Positions 50,365 through 63,721 of a stretch of 64,000 nt of DNA are shown in pieces. The notes beneath the pieces were generated by a model, which was not told the DNA's origin, did not search any database, and saw nothing but the letters and a program-made list of their open reading frames with translations. The number at the start of each line of letters is the position of its first letter. Positions within the stretch are counted from its first letter, which is position 1. The translations under genes were made by a program, and so were the position numbers. Source of the stretch: Squalus acanthias (Eukaryota); assembly GCA_030390025.1 (NCBI GenBank), contig CM059432.1:105774001-105838000 (forward strand), in the 5' to 3' direction.

Positions 50365-51489
50365 ATAGTTTCCACTTTCTGAACGTTGGGTGCCGAGTGT
50401 GTTGTCCAAACATTTAAAGCTTTCACAAACAAAATATTCCAATACCAGTAACAGCAGCAGTTCATTTACTGTAAACTTGAATTCAGGAAAATGAAAGGAT
50501 CCAAAGGGATTGGATGAAATAAGTCAGACTTTATATCCGTTGTCTATTATTTGATTGTGAACACTCCCCCTTTCTTCCTTAAAAATGTAAATCATTTTTA
50601 TGTGTGTGCTTGGCACTTCCCTATTACTGTAAGTAAATTATGTCTGTCAAGATCATTTAAGTAAATCTTTTTCCAATTTTGCATATGTTGCATAATTATC
50701 CATTATTGACATTTCTCTAACTATTGTACTGAATATCATTATATAGCAGTTGAATCTTGTATAGTCATTTTTTGTAAAACAACAAATTGGAAATTATTCC
50801 AATTATGTTTTCATTATGCCACAATTGTTCTATAGTTTTCTCATTCTCGAAATTTCAGGAATTTTTTTTTACTAAGTGCCTATGTTTCAGGAATGACCTT
50901 GTGTATTGGATATGCTGGTTTAAAATGGAAGTTTTTCCAAGTGAGATCTGTGACTCAACATCAGGGTAAATTGCTGTCCATGATCTAGTAATAAAACTTT
51001 CTGAAATTTATTTTTTAAACCATCATGAACTGCTTCATACTAATCAACAACTAAAAAGTCTCTTACTGAAAAATTATGCACAGATTTGACACTTGGTGCA
51101 AGCTGTAGCTTGTCACGGAAGCCTCAGTTTTAAAAACTGGTTGCACCGTATTTTAAAGTTAGTTTCCTTTAAATTTATGTAACCGATTAGAGCTGCGGCC
51201 ACAGAAACTATAGGAATAACTTTCCGAGTCCATGCCCAGTGAGGAACTACTCCCATCGGCAGTGCGAACCAGGAATTCAGGTACCACTTCATGATTTTCA
51301 TGACTTGTGTCTGAATTTCTCATTTGCACTGCCAGAATTCAAGACTTTCCACTGGCAGCACAGATGAATAAAATTATCCCTTTTAGACAAAGAAACTACT
51401 GAATAATAGCAGCAGTTTTATGAATAAAAGCAAACTTCCTGATTTGGTTTACCTCTGACTTTCTATACAGGTTCTTATCTGACCATATA

Positions 51490-51779
51490 CAGGTTGAGCG
51501 TCCTGAATCCGGCAACCTCTGGACCGAGGCCGAGCCGGTTTTCGTGTTTTTCCGGACTTCGGAACGTGTTTCGGATGTCCGAAGTCCAGAAATACCGCAA
51601 CCTGGGCTCGGGTGTTTCCGGACTTCGGACATCAGAAACACGTTCAGAGTCCAGAAATGCCTGGGCCCAGGTTGCGGTTTGACCGGGTGTCCGGATTCCG
51701 GAACATTTTACAGATTCCGGACGACCCTGGCACCAATCATCCCGGATTCCGGAACTCCGGATTTTGGACGCTCAACCTG
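51490..51779. mobile_element. Tc1/mariner (pogo/Tigger-like) MITE, 290 bp
   Basis: 23-bp TIR caggttgagcgtcc..aatccgg with 2 mismatches; TA on both flanks. Confidence 0.88.
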
Positions 51780-52598
51780 TATAACCTTTTGGTTTTCAGA
51801 TTGCAGCCCCTTGCTGCTCCAGAAAAGTAGGGATTTGTCATAGTCATGGAGGTCTGCGTATTCACAGCCATCTCTGAACAAATATTAACCTGCTGCCAAG
51901 CAACTCGAAACGTGCCTAAACTTGATTTCTTGAATTTCTTTCAGCTGACTTTTAATGGAGGCGAATGGAAACTGTCCATCTGCCCATACAAGGCAACCAT
52001 CACCCAAAATGCTATCTTAATTTTTTAGCTTTACATAGTGTTTTTCTTAATTCTGATTTTTCTGTTGTTTTCCTTATCTTGGATGTTGAAAAACTTGCAC
52101 TGAATAAAGGTAGTAATCCACAAAACTTTTCTATCGATAATGTTTCTGGATACTTTCTTTATTGCACTCTACTTATTATCAAAAGTAATCTGTTTTGCAG
52201 GGTCCCATTTTTTTGTCTACATTCTGGCTGTTGGTGAATTAATTTGTACATATGTTTAGTCGGGGAGTAAAAACTGCGCAGTATGTTCACAACTTACTTT
52301 CAATCCCACTGCTCACTAGTTGAGCAATTGAAGAATTACTTTATTCCCTTTTTAAAAAAAATTAAACTTGTATCAATTCTCACTACCACAATGGATTTTA
52401 AACTTCAATGGACATTAGGTAACCACTGTAACTGAAGCAGGATAACCAGAAACTGCTTTTGTACCATATTGCAACCATTTTTTATATATACATCAGTGTG
52501 ACCAATGGAAGTTTGGGACTTGTCATAAGTGAGGCAAGGAAATGTTTTTTTAAATTGGGGGAAATTTCCCTATGCATTTATAACTTGCCTGTTTTATC

Positions 52599-52604
52599 AA
52601 TAAA
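52599..52604 (+). terminator. Distal candidate polyadenylation signal of MAL2
   Basis: AATAAA ending a ~2.5 kb AT-rich, LINE-free stretch after the stop codon. Confidence 0.3.
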
Positions 52605-54304
52605 CTGTTGGCATTTAACTTCATTTTCCAAATCACCATTCAGATGACACGTCCACCACAGATCCATTATCCATCTGCAGCTGGTTCTATTGTAGCCATT
52701 ATTGTACGGATTTAATATAATTAAAGTAAATTGGGGTATTGGAATTTCAATCTATAGTTGCAACAGTAGTTCTGTTGTACTGAAATCATTCCCAGGTGCC
52801 TGTGGTGTTTTGGCCTGCTGGAGCTAATATACTGGGAGATGTATTAAAGATTCTAAATTCACCTTGGGCAATAGCGGAAAACAGGTGATCATGAATCGGC
52901 AGCCTGTTTAGCACTTTTCCTGATTTTCTTTTCAATTGTGTTACTGCCCTTTTTTTACTCAATTAGCTTTGCCATTGAACAGCTTTCATGCTTTTGTGCA
53001 GATCAGAAGAGCTAATGCTGCCCCTGTAAAGTTGCATAAATCTAACTTGTAAGCCTGGTTACTCATTTATGGGGTTAGACCTCACTCTGTATCCAGACTG
53101 TTCAATGATGTGCAACTGCTCAACTGTGATCCCCCATTCTTTGCCTTCCCCTCTCATTTGGTAGATGGATGTATATCAACCAGTAAGGCAAAATATGGAG
53201 CATCCAGCTTACTAATTACATTCCAAGTGCAATGAAAATGATAGCTATCCAGAATGAAGAATTAGGCTGGAGATGTGAAAGAGGTAAGGGCATTAGTTGA
53301 GGCTGTGGGGCAATTTCAAAATTATAAGAAGGAACTTTTCTTTCAAAATCATCTCTAATTAGAATCACCTTTCATCTCCACTCTTGCCTTCCTATGTAAT
53401 GTAGGCTTGATAGTAGGAGCCAGTTGTATGGCCTAATTGCCAAGATGGCCATTCTTCAACTTCTGACTTTTCCAACTCTGGATGTAGGGCTGAATTTGCT
53501 GAATAGGGTAGGCTTTTTTTGGTCGTGGATAAACCTGAGATAATAGACCCTACTTCCTTCCATTTGTTGGGTAACATTGAGCACAGATACTGGTTCAGGA
53601 TTTTTTTTGCCCCTGAGTGTTATGCTCATATGTGAAGGATGTTGGTGCTAGACTTTCTATTTTGAATACCAAATGCTAGCATCAAGCATTTCTGGTTAAC
53701 TATAAAACAGATATAAAGTTCCTTCACTTTGTTCAACAATATGATTCGCTTCAACTTCAGACCATGCTGTATGACATCATTGTGATGTTTTCCATTTTCC
53801 ACAGTAACCATCCTGTGGCTGAGTAAAATTCTGAATTTGGTACTGTGGCCTTTGCCTATTGGATTGGGACAGGAATAACTTATTTCACCTAGACTCCTTA
53901 CAGCTTAGAGGAGACTTTTAACCCTTCAGCTGGAGTTGAAATTGATCCAAGGTCCTGCTGGTGAAGCACTAGTATCAAACCATGCAACCTCAAGCTGCTG
54001 GCAATGAAGGCAAGAAGTAACAATTTTAACCCTTGTGCGATTTATAATCAAGAAATAATCCAATAACTAATTTGACAGACAAAAATGCTTCATTGTTGTC
54101 ACACCCTCTGTTTAATTAACCCTGCCTGTCAAAATTATTGTAGGTGGCTGAAAAACCCTCCCAGGACTTCACTAATGGGTTACAGGGAACTGTAGCAATA
54201 AAAATTAAAAATGTCCAGAATACAAGATTTTTGTACATAAAAAGAAAAATGGGGGCTGTGAAGTGTTTTGGGACGTCCTGAGTTCGTGAAAGGCACTATA
54301 TAAG

Positions 54305-54978
54305 GAAAGAGACTTGTATTTATGTAGCGCCTTTCATAACCTCGACATCCCAAAGCGTTTTACAGCCAATTAAATACTTTAAGTGTAGTCACTGTTGTAA
54401 TGGAAACACGGCAGCCAATTTGCACACAGCAAGTTCCCACAAACAGCAATATGATTTTAATGATGTTGATTGAGGGATAAATATTGGCCAGGACACTGGG
54501 AGAACTCCCCTGCTCTTCAAAATAATTGAGAGGTCGCACAACACCAGGTTATAGTCCAACAGTTTTATTTGAAATCACAAGCTTTCGGAGCTTACTACTC
54601 CTTCGTCGGGTGAAGTCAGACTTCACCCGACGAAGGAGTAGTAAGCTCCGAAAGCTTGTGATTTCAAATAAAACTGTTGGACTATAACCGGGTGTTGTGC
54701 GACCTCTCAATTTTGTCCACCCCAGTCCAAGACCGGCATCTCCGCATCATGACCACTTCAAAATAATGCCATGGGATCTTTATGTCCACCTGAGAGAGCA
54801 GACAGGGCCTCAGTTTAACATCTCATCCGAAAGACGGTACCTCCAACAGTGCGGCACTCCCTTAGTACTGCACTGGAGCGTCAACCTATATTTTTTGTGC
54901 TCCAGTCTCGGGAGTGGGATTTGAACCCACAACCTTCTGACTCCAAGGCGAGGGTGCTACCAACTGAGCCACAGCTGA
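54305..54978 (-). mobile_element. tRNA-derived DeuSINE (SacSINE1-like), interrupted
   Basis: Inverted homologue of 55485-55918; split at cttcaaaataat. Confidence 0.8.
54527..54755. mobile_element. Mini Penelope terminal repeat with inverted duplication
   Basis: Homologous to 45208-45335; inverted arms 54524-54617 and 54619-54712; TSD cttcaaaataat at 54515-54526 and 54756-54767. Confidence 0.92.
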
Positions 54979-55484
54979 CAATGCAAGTGTCTTTTCTGTT
55001 ACCTTTTGGCCTGTATTGATTGTATGCTCAATAAATAGAGGATGTTTATTCATTGGGTGATAGTGATTTATTTTCATTTTTGGCATATAGTTGCTTTCTG
55101 TTGAGTGCTTAGCAGGTGCAAATGTATCAATGGAGACATTTCATGGGTGCATTGGCTTATCAGACATGAAATAAGACTCCATCTGTTGAGTGGAAATACT
55201 ATTTCCCTGGTAAGCCCTCATTGAGAGGGTGCAGATCTAGGAACTTCTATTCAACCATGTATTTAACTCTGCATTAATTTCTGTAAGTAAATACATTTCT
55301 AAATCAAGATGTTTGAAAAACATTGCATGGTTAAATAGCACTCTTATGGAGTGATTCCACAACACAGGGCACTCATTTTAAAGGGAAATAGAATGATACA
55401 GAACAGGAGACCACCATTTGGCCCTTAGTGCCTGTGCCAGCTCTTTGAAAGAGCTATCCAATTAGTCACCATAGTGTGAGCATT

Positions 55485-55918
55485 AGCTGTGGCTCAGTTG
55501 GTAGCACCCTCGCCTCTGAGTCAGAAGGTTGTGGGTTGAAGTCCCACTCCAGAGACTTGAGCACAAAAATCTAGGCTGACAGTGCAGTGCTGAGGGAGTG
55601 CTACACTGTCGGAGGTGCCGTCTTTCAGATGAGACATTAAACCGAGGCCCCATCTAGCTCTCAGGTGGACGTAAAAGATCGCATGGCACTATTTCGAAGA
55701 GGAGCTTGGCCAATATTTATTACTCAACCAACATCACAAACAGATTTTCTGGTCATTATCACATTGCTGTTTGTGGGAACTTGCTGTGTGCAAATTGGCT
55801 GCTGTATTTCCTACATTACAACAGTGACTACACTTCAAGAGTACTTCATTGACTGTAAAATGCTTTGGGATGTCCAGTGGTCATAAAAGGTGCTGTATAC
55901 ATGCAAGTCTTTCTTTTT
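55485..55918 (+). mobile_element. tRNA-derived DeuSINE (SacSINE1-like)
   Basis: A box tggctcagttgg, B-box-like ggttgaagtccc, core ctgtcggaggtgccgtctttcagatgagac, L2-like tail. Confidence 0.8.
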
Positions 55919-56340
55919 CAGTGTCCTGTTAAAGTGACTTGCCTGAAATTTTGCCAGGGCTGTCCGATATAGTGAACATTGCTGTGATTGGTGATGTGAA
56001 AACTTTTATCTTTCCTTCAGCTGAAAGGTAACTCAACAGGTTCAGCAACGTGCCTGTTGAATACTTCATCGCAAGGCACCTCCCTGTTCTTCCTGGAGTA
56101 GGATTAGGCTCGGTAGCTCCTGTTGTGAACACTGGCACCATTTCAGGTGTAACCCTCCACCGCTCGCCTAGTCACTGCACAGCTGCTGAGTGTTTCAGGA
56201 TTTTGTCCTCCCCGCCCCCTCTGCTGTTCACCAGCCTGCCTGTGCTGGAATATTGCTGACATGCTACCTGGTGTGCAGCATTTCTGCCATTGGGACACCG
56301 TCAGTAACTGGGACCGTGGCTTTAGTCCGGGTCCAGTCAC

Positions 56341-57110
56341 AGTTCTTTTGCAAATTACCTTAAATCTGTGCCCTCTGGTTACTGACCCTTCTGCCACTGG
56401 AAACAGTTTCTCCTTAATTACTTTATCAAAACCCTTCATGGCTTTGGACACCTCTATTAAATCTCCACTCAAGCTTCTCTGCTGTAAAGAGAGCAACCCC
56501 ACCTTCTCTAGTCTCTCCATTTAACTGAAGTCCTTCATCCCGGATACCATTCTAGTAAATCTCCTCTCTAAGCCCTTGACATACTTCCTAAAGTGTTGTG
56601 CCCAGAATTGGCTACAGTACTCCAGCTGGGCCTAACCAGTGAGTTATAAAGGTTTAGAGTAACTTCCTTGCTTTTGTACCCTATGCCCCTGTTTATAAAG
56701 CCATGGATCCTGTCTGCTTTTTAACAACCTTGTCAACTTGTCCTACCACCGTCAAAGATTTGTGTATGTACATCCCCCAGTGTCCTTGTTCCTGCACCCC
56801 CTTTAAAATTGTACCATTTCATTTATATTGCCTCTCCTCATTCTTCCTACCAAAATACATCTCTTCACACTTCCCTGTGATAATTTTCACCTGCCATGTG
56901 TCTACCCAGTTCACCAGTCTGTTTATGTCCTCCTTGAAGTCTGTTACTATCCTCCTCACTGTTTACTACATTTCTGAATTTTGTGTCATCTGCAAACTTT
57001 GAAATGATGCCCTGCATGCTTAAGTCCAGGTCATTAATATATAGCAAAAAGAGCAGTGGTCCTAATACCAACCCCAGGGGGGGGGGGGTTCACCACTGTA
57101 TAGTTCCCTC
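56341..57110 (-). mobile_element. CR1 RT fragment (a probable matching tail lies at ~55388-55470)
   Basis: VLGPLLFLLYINDL, SKFADDTK, SGDLIEV. Confidence 0.85.
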
Positions 57111-57554
57111 CAGTCTGAAAAAAAATCCTTCACTATTCTCTGCTTTCTGTCTCAGATTAGTGTCTCAAAGTTTCCCCACCACCTACGTTAGGCTGACTGG
57201 CCTGCAGTTGCTGGATTTATCCCCCTCCCCCTTTTTTTGATTTGCTCCATACTGGCGCAGATCCCTGCTGGGAGTACTGGGTCACAATCACTTCAATTTG
57301 AATCATGTATATTATCCAATGTTGGCAACTGACACCTACCGTAGAGATTTTCAAAGTATTTCTGTGTTTCCAGCAATCACCAGGATCAATTCTATGAAGC
57401 AATGATTCTTGATGAATTCAGCACTGGCTGCATCCCATTGCTATGCCATCAATAATATACTGAGAAATTTAATTTAGACCAATTCAGGTGTAAATGGTCA
57501 GGTGTACCCAGTTACAGATGGGTCCACACATGAAACATTACCAAGATAGGCTCA

Positions 57555-58130
57555 AAGAGCTCGGACTCTACACATTAGAGAAGCGTAGACTTAGGGGTGA
57601 TTTAATCGTGGCTGGTAAGATGATGAAGGGAATAGAGTGTCTGTGTGGACTGTTTGTTTCAACTAAATAGGTTAGGGAGGACCAGGTGTCACAATCTCAA
57701 ATTATTTAAGTCCACAACTAGGTTAGATATCAGATTCTTTTCCCAGAGAATAGTGGACTTGTACAGGCTGCCGGCTTGTGCGGTGTACGTTGATTCGCTG
57801 AATTCCTTCAAGCAAGATCTGGACCTGTTTCTGGCTGGAGCGGATATCACCTCTTACAAAAGGAAGGTGCTGTATAACATTAATCAGGGCCAAAGTGGTC
57901 CCCTGGCCTAGTTTTGATGCCTAAAGGGGTCAAAGGGGAATTTCTCGGACTTTTTCTGCTAATTGGCCTGGGCTTTTATCTTTTTTCACCTCTTCCCAGG
58001 AGATTACCTGGCCTTCAGGTGAGATTGGCGGTGGGGGGGAGGAAAGAAGTGTATAGTGATGCACAAGGCATTGCAATTGTGTGGGACAGGCTGAATGGAC
58101 CAGTGGGTCTTTTCCTGTCCGTCATTGTTC
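57555..58130 (+). mobile_element. Degraded CR1 3' fragment
   Basis: LEKRRLRGDLI, RFFSQRIV remnants. Confidence 0.6.
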
Positions 58131-58380
58131 GTATGCTGCCTGATGTGCTGAGTGTTACTAGCAGTTTCTGTTTTTGCTTCAGATTGCCAGCATCTGCAGT
58201 ATTTTACTTTCTGTTCAAAGATAACCAGAGAATTTCTGTGCATGCAGTCTATATGCAATCATGATGGGGCTTCTCGCTGCCAATCATCCAGGCCATTTAC
58301 TTTTAAGTAGAACTCTGTTTTGACACAACTGGGTGGCATAAAGGGTAAGACACTGGCCTTCTGTGCTGTAACTTTCTATG

Positions 58381-59551
58381 ATGGAGGCCATTTCGGCCCA
58401 TCGCGTCCACGCCGGCCAACAAAGAGCTATCCAGCCTAATCCCACTTCCCAGCTCTTGGTCCGTAGCCCTGCAGGTTAGAGCAGCCCAAGTGCACATCCA
58501 AGTACTTTTTAAATGTGCTTAGGGTTCCTGCCTCTACCACTCTTTCAGGCAGTGAGTTCCAGACCCCCACAACCCTCTAGGTGAAGAAATTTCCCCTCAA
58601 ATCCCCTCTAAACCTTCCACCAATTACTTTAAATCTGTGCCCCCTGGTTTTTGACCCCTCTGCTAAGGGAAATAGGCCCTTTCTATCCACTTTATGTATG
58701 CCCCTCATAATTTTATACATCTCAATAAGGTCTCCCCTCAGTTGCCTCTGTTCCAAGGAAAACAGACCCAGCCTATCCAGTCTTTCCTCATAGCGAAGAT
58801 TCTCTACCCCCGGCAACATCCTTGTAAATCTCCTCTGTACCCTCTCTCGTGCAATCACATCTTTCCTGTAATGTGGTGACCAGAACTGCATGCAGTATTC
58901 TAGCTGAGGCCTAACTAGTGTTTTATACAGTTGAAGCATAACCCCCCTGCTCTTGTATTCTATGCCACGGCTAATAAAGGCAAGCATTCCGTATGCCGCC
59001 TTAACTACCTTATCTACCTGGCCTGCTACCTTCAGGGATCTGTGGACATGCACTCCAAGGTCCCTTTGTTCCTCTCCACTACTCAGTGTCCTACCATTTA
59101 ATGTGTATTCCCTTTCCTTGTTAGCCCTCCCCAAATGCATTACCTCACACTTCTCCGGATTGAATTCCATTTGCCACTGTTCTGCCCACCGGACCAATTT
59201 ATTGATATCTTCCTGCAGTCTACAGCTTCCTTCTTCAGTATCAACCACACAGCTGATTTTAGTATCATCTGCAAACTTCTTAATCATACCCCCTATATTC
59301 AAGCCTAGATCATTGATATATACACCACAAAAAGCAAGGGACCTAGTACTGAGCCCTACGGAACCCCACTGGAAACAGCCTTCCAGTCACAAAAACACCC
59401 ATCAACCATTACCCTCTGCTTCCTGTCTCCGAGCCAGTTTTGAATCCAACTTGACACTTTGCCCTGGATCCCATGGGCTTTTAACTTCGTGACCAGTCTG
59501 CCATGTGGAACCTTATCAAAAGCCTTGCTAAAGTCCATATACACTACATCA
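58381..59551 (-). mobile_element. CR1 RT fragment
   Basis: YMDFSKAFDKVPH, KFADDTK, LVRPQLEYC. Confidence 0.92.
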
Positions 59552-60784
59552 CCTTACACCCATGGAACCTGTGTTGATTATCCAGCCCAGACTGATGGGG
59601 TGAAAGTCTCCTCTGTATGGTGGCTGTAAGTGGACTTTCACCCATGGAACCTGTATTGATTATCCAACCCAGACTGATGGGGTGAAAGTCTCCTCTGTAT
59701 GCTAGCTGTAAGTGAGTTTGGGCAGTCTTGATCCAGTTCCTAGCAGACATGAACCTACAGCAATAAAATGGCCTTAATTCAACATTGATTCCCAATTTCA
59801 TTCAGACCGGCCTATGGCTGATTAGTGTGGAGAATGGTACAAATGCTAAACTGGTGTAGCAGGAGTACTCCTCTAAGGTAGGAACTGAGAAACATTTTTT
59901 AGGGTAGAGAAGAGGGATTTATTTTTCTGCATCGAGTTACACTATACTCGACCTGGCAGAGAGTGCCTGATGATGGCACTGTGTGTCTGGAATGGAACAC
60001 CTTCCATTTCCCAGCACTGGCATCCTCACGTTGATGAACACAGACCTTCCAAACTTGCGTCCGTGCTACCGCATAGATTCAACACCCTAACAATTTAGTT
60101 TGTGCATCAACCAACAGAGGGCGCTCATAATCTAGCAGTTGTGCATGAAGAGAGAAATTTTGTTTTCTGATCCTGGGATCACCATGGGCTATGACGTTTG
60201 AGCACTTGCGGGGCTGGCTTGATGTCATGTCAAATTCATCACCTGTGTAACTGCAGACAGAGCAGAATCTCTGGGTGAAAATTGGCAAACTTATGCTGTT
60301 CACAGTGCGACTGATTCAGGCTACGTGCCACCTAATTCTAACTTGCCCTTGGCCGTTTAACGGTGTCCATTGCTGTGTGTGTTTTGAAGTACAGTACTTA
60401 TTTTGTTTTTCAAGATCTAGCAACCATTTGGAAAATTTTTGTCTGTTGACTTCCTATTCATGTATCGTAGAAAAATGAAGCATTACAACCACTACATCAA
60501 CGGTCTTTTAAAAAATGAAAAGATTTAGGATTCAGGGATAAACTTATTGCAACTTTTCATCAGCAGGCAAGAGAGCAGATCATCAGAAATTTTTATAGGG
60601 TTGACTGTCATAGAAGCTGAATGTGGCTTAAAAACAATATCCTTTAAAGCTATTATATAAAAAACCACAGGGATTTTAAATAAAAAGGCTTGAAATTATG
60701 TTTCTCGCCCAATAAGACATGTCACTGGTAATTCATATCTTGTACAACCTTCAATTTTCTAACTGAGAAACTACCTAATGATTA

Positions 60785-60995
60785 AAAGAAAATCCGTGAA
60801 TGCTGAAAATCTAAAACAGAAAATGCTGGAAACATACAGTATTTCAGACAGTATCTGTGAAAAATATAGTTCAACATTTTTGATGTGGGTCATTCATGAG
60901 AACCATTCTGATGAAGTGTTCCATCAAAAACTTTTAACCTGTCTTTCCCTTGCTGAGTTACAATACATTTGCAGCATTTTCTATTTTATTTCAAG
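60785..60995. mobile_element. Decayed inverted Penelope terminal repeat
   Basis: aaaacagaaaatgctggaaa ... tttgcagcattttctatttt arms similar to 39271-39372; ctgatga remnant at ~60908. Confidence 0.5.
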
Positions 60996-61130
60996 CTACT
61001 ACTGACTAGCCTTCTTCACAAACTAAAAATATGTTTATTGTAACTTATTAACCAAGCAGCAGTCAGAGGACTTCAAGACTTAGGTTTAGAATATGACCCT
61101 GCTACCCACAATGGGGTCGATTTTAATCAT

Positions 61131-63720
61131 AACATAAGAAATAGGAACAGGAGTAGGCCATTCGGCCCTTCGAGCCTGCTCCGCCATTTAATGAGATCAT
61201 GGCTGATCTTCTGCCTCAACTCCATTCACCGGCCCTATCGCCATATCCCTTGATGCCTTTACTAGTCAGAAATCTATCGACTTCTGTTTTGAATATACCC
61301 AATGACTGAGCCTCCACAGCCCTCTGGGGTAGAGAATTCCAAAGATTCACCACCCTCTGTGTGAAGAAATTTCTTCTCATCTCAGTCCTGAATGGCCTAC
61401 CCTTTATCCTGAGGCTGTGGCCCCTGGTTCTAGACTCCCCAGCCAAGGGAAACATTCTCCCAGCTTCCACCCTATCAAGCCCTGTAATAATTTTGTATGC
61501 TTCAATGAGATCCCCTCTCATTCTTCTAAATTCAAGAGAATACAGGCCTAGTTTACTCAATCTCTTCTCATACGACAGTCCCGCCATCCCAGGAATCAAT
61601 CTCGGGAACCTTCGTTGCACTCCCTCTATGGCAACTATATCCTTCCTTAGGTAAGGAGACCAAAATTGTACACAGTACTCCAGGTGTGCTCTCACCAAGG
61701 CCCTATATAATTGGAGTAAGACTTCTTTACTCCTGTACTCAAATCCTCTTGTAATGAAGGTCAGCATACCATTTGCCTTCCTAATGGCTTGCTGCACCTG
61801 CGCATTCACTTTCAGTGACTCATGTACAAGGACACCCAGGGCCCTTTGAGCATCTGCATTCCCCAATCTTTCACCATTTAGGAAATACTCTGCCTTTGTT
61901 TTTTCTACCAAAGTGGATAACTTCACATTTATCCACATTATATTCCATCTGCCATGTTCTCGCCCACTCACTGAGCCTATCGAGATCCCCTTGAAGCCTC
62001 TTCACATCCTCTTCACAACTGACACTGCCACCTAGCTTTGTATCATCAGCAAATTTGGAAATGTTACATTTAGTCCCCTCATCCAAATCATTGATATAGA
62101 TTGTGAATAGCTGGGGCCCAAGCACCGATCCTTGCGGTACCCCACTAGTCACAGCCCGCCATCCTGAAAAAACCCGTTTATTCCTACTCTTTGTTTTCTG
62201 TCTGTTAACCAATTCTCAATCTATGCTAGTATATTACCCCCAATTCCATGTGCCCTAATTTTGTTCACCAACCTCTTGTGTGGGACCTTATCGAAGGCCT
62301 TCTGAAAATCCAGATACACCACATCTAACGGTTCCCCTTTGTCTACTCCACTAGTTACATCCTCAAAGAACTCCAATAGGTTTGTCAAACAGTACTTCCC
62401 TTTCATAAATCCATGTTGACTCTGCCCAATCTTACTATTAGTTTCTAAGTGCCCAGTTATTGCATCCTTTATAATAGATTCCAGCATTTTCCCAACTACT
62501 GATGTGAGGCTAACAGGTCTGTAGTTCCCCGTTTTCTCTCTCCCTCCTTTCTTAAATAGCGGGGTTACATTTGCTATCCTCCAATCTGCAGGAACCGTTC
62601 CAGAATCTATAGTATTTTGGAAGATGACAATCAATGCGTCCACTATCCCAATGGACACAAAGCTAGGTGGCAGTGTCAGTTGTGAAGAGGATGTGAAGAG
62701 GCTTCAAGGGGATCTCGACAGGCTCAGTGAGTAGGCGAGAACATGGCAGATGGAATATAATGTGGATAAATGTGAAGTTATCCACTTTGGTAGAAAAAAC
62801 AGAAAGGCAGAGTATTTCCTAAATGGTGAAAGATTGGGGAATGCAGATGCTCAAAGGGCCCTGGGTGTCCTTGTACATGAGTCACTGAAAGTGAATGTGC
62901 AGGTGCAGCAAGCCATTAGGAAGGCAAATAGTATGCTGGCCTTCATTACAAGAGGATTTGAGTACAGGAGTAAAGAAGTCTTACTCCAATTATATAGGGC
63001 CTTGGTGAGACCACACCTGGAGTACGGTGTACAATTTTATCTCCTTACCTAAGGAAGGATATAGTTGCCATAGAGGGAGTGCAACAAAGGTTCACGAGAT
63101 TGATTCCTGGGATGGCGGGACTGTCGTATGAGAAGAAATTGAGTAAACTAGGCCTGTATTCTCTTGAATTCAGAAGAATGAGAGGGGATCTCATTGAAGC
63201 ATACAAAATTATTACAGGGCTTGATAGGGTGGAAGCTGGGAGAATGTTTTCCTTGGCTGGGGAGTCTAGAACCAGGGACTACAGCCTCAGGATAAAGAGT
63301 AGGCCATTCAGGACTGAAATGAGAAGAAATATCTTCACACAGAGGTTGGTGAATCTTTGGAATTCTCTACCCCAGAGGGCTGTGGAGGCTCAGTCATTGG
63401 GTATATTCAAAACAGAAGTTGACAGATTTCTGACTAGTAAAGGCATCAAGGGATATGGCGATAGGGCCGTTGAATGGCGGAGCAGGCTCGAAGGGCCTAC
63501 TCCTGCTCCTATCTCTTATGTTCTTATGACACCTCTTTCAAGACCCTAGGATGTAGGTCATCTGGTCCTTGGGATTTATCGACTTTTAGTCTCATTAATT
63601 TTGCTAGTATTGTTTTTTTACTAATAATAATTTCTTTAAGTTCCTCATTCTCGCCACACCCTTGGTTTTCTCGTATTTCTGGGAGGTTTTTTGTGTCTTC
63701 CTCTGTGAAGACAGAAACAA
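61131..63720 (-). mobile_element. CR1 RT region to 3' tail, interrupted at 62654-63529
   Basis: GPDDLHPRVLKEV|IGIVDAL, YLDFQKAFD, FADDTK, tail at 61131. Confidence 0.92.
62654..63529 (+). mobile_element. CR1 3' fragment near-identical to its host, inserted antisense
   Basis: ORF translations of 62750-63549 nearly match 61216-61971. Confidence 0.9.
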
Positions 63721-63721
63721 A

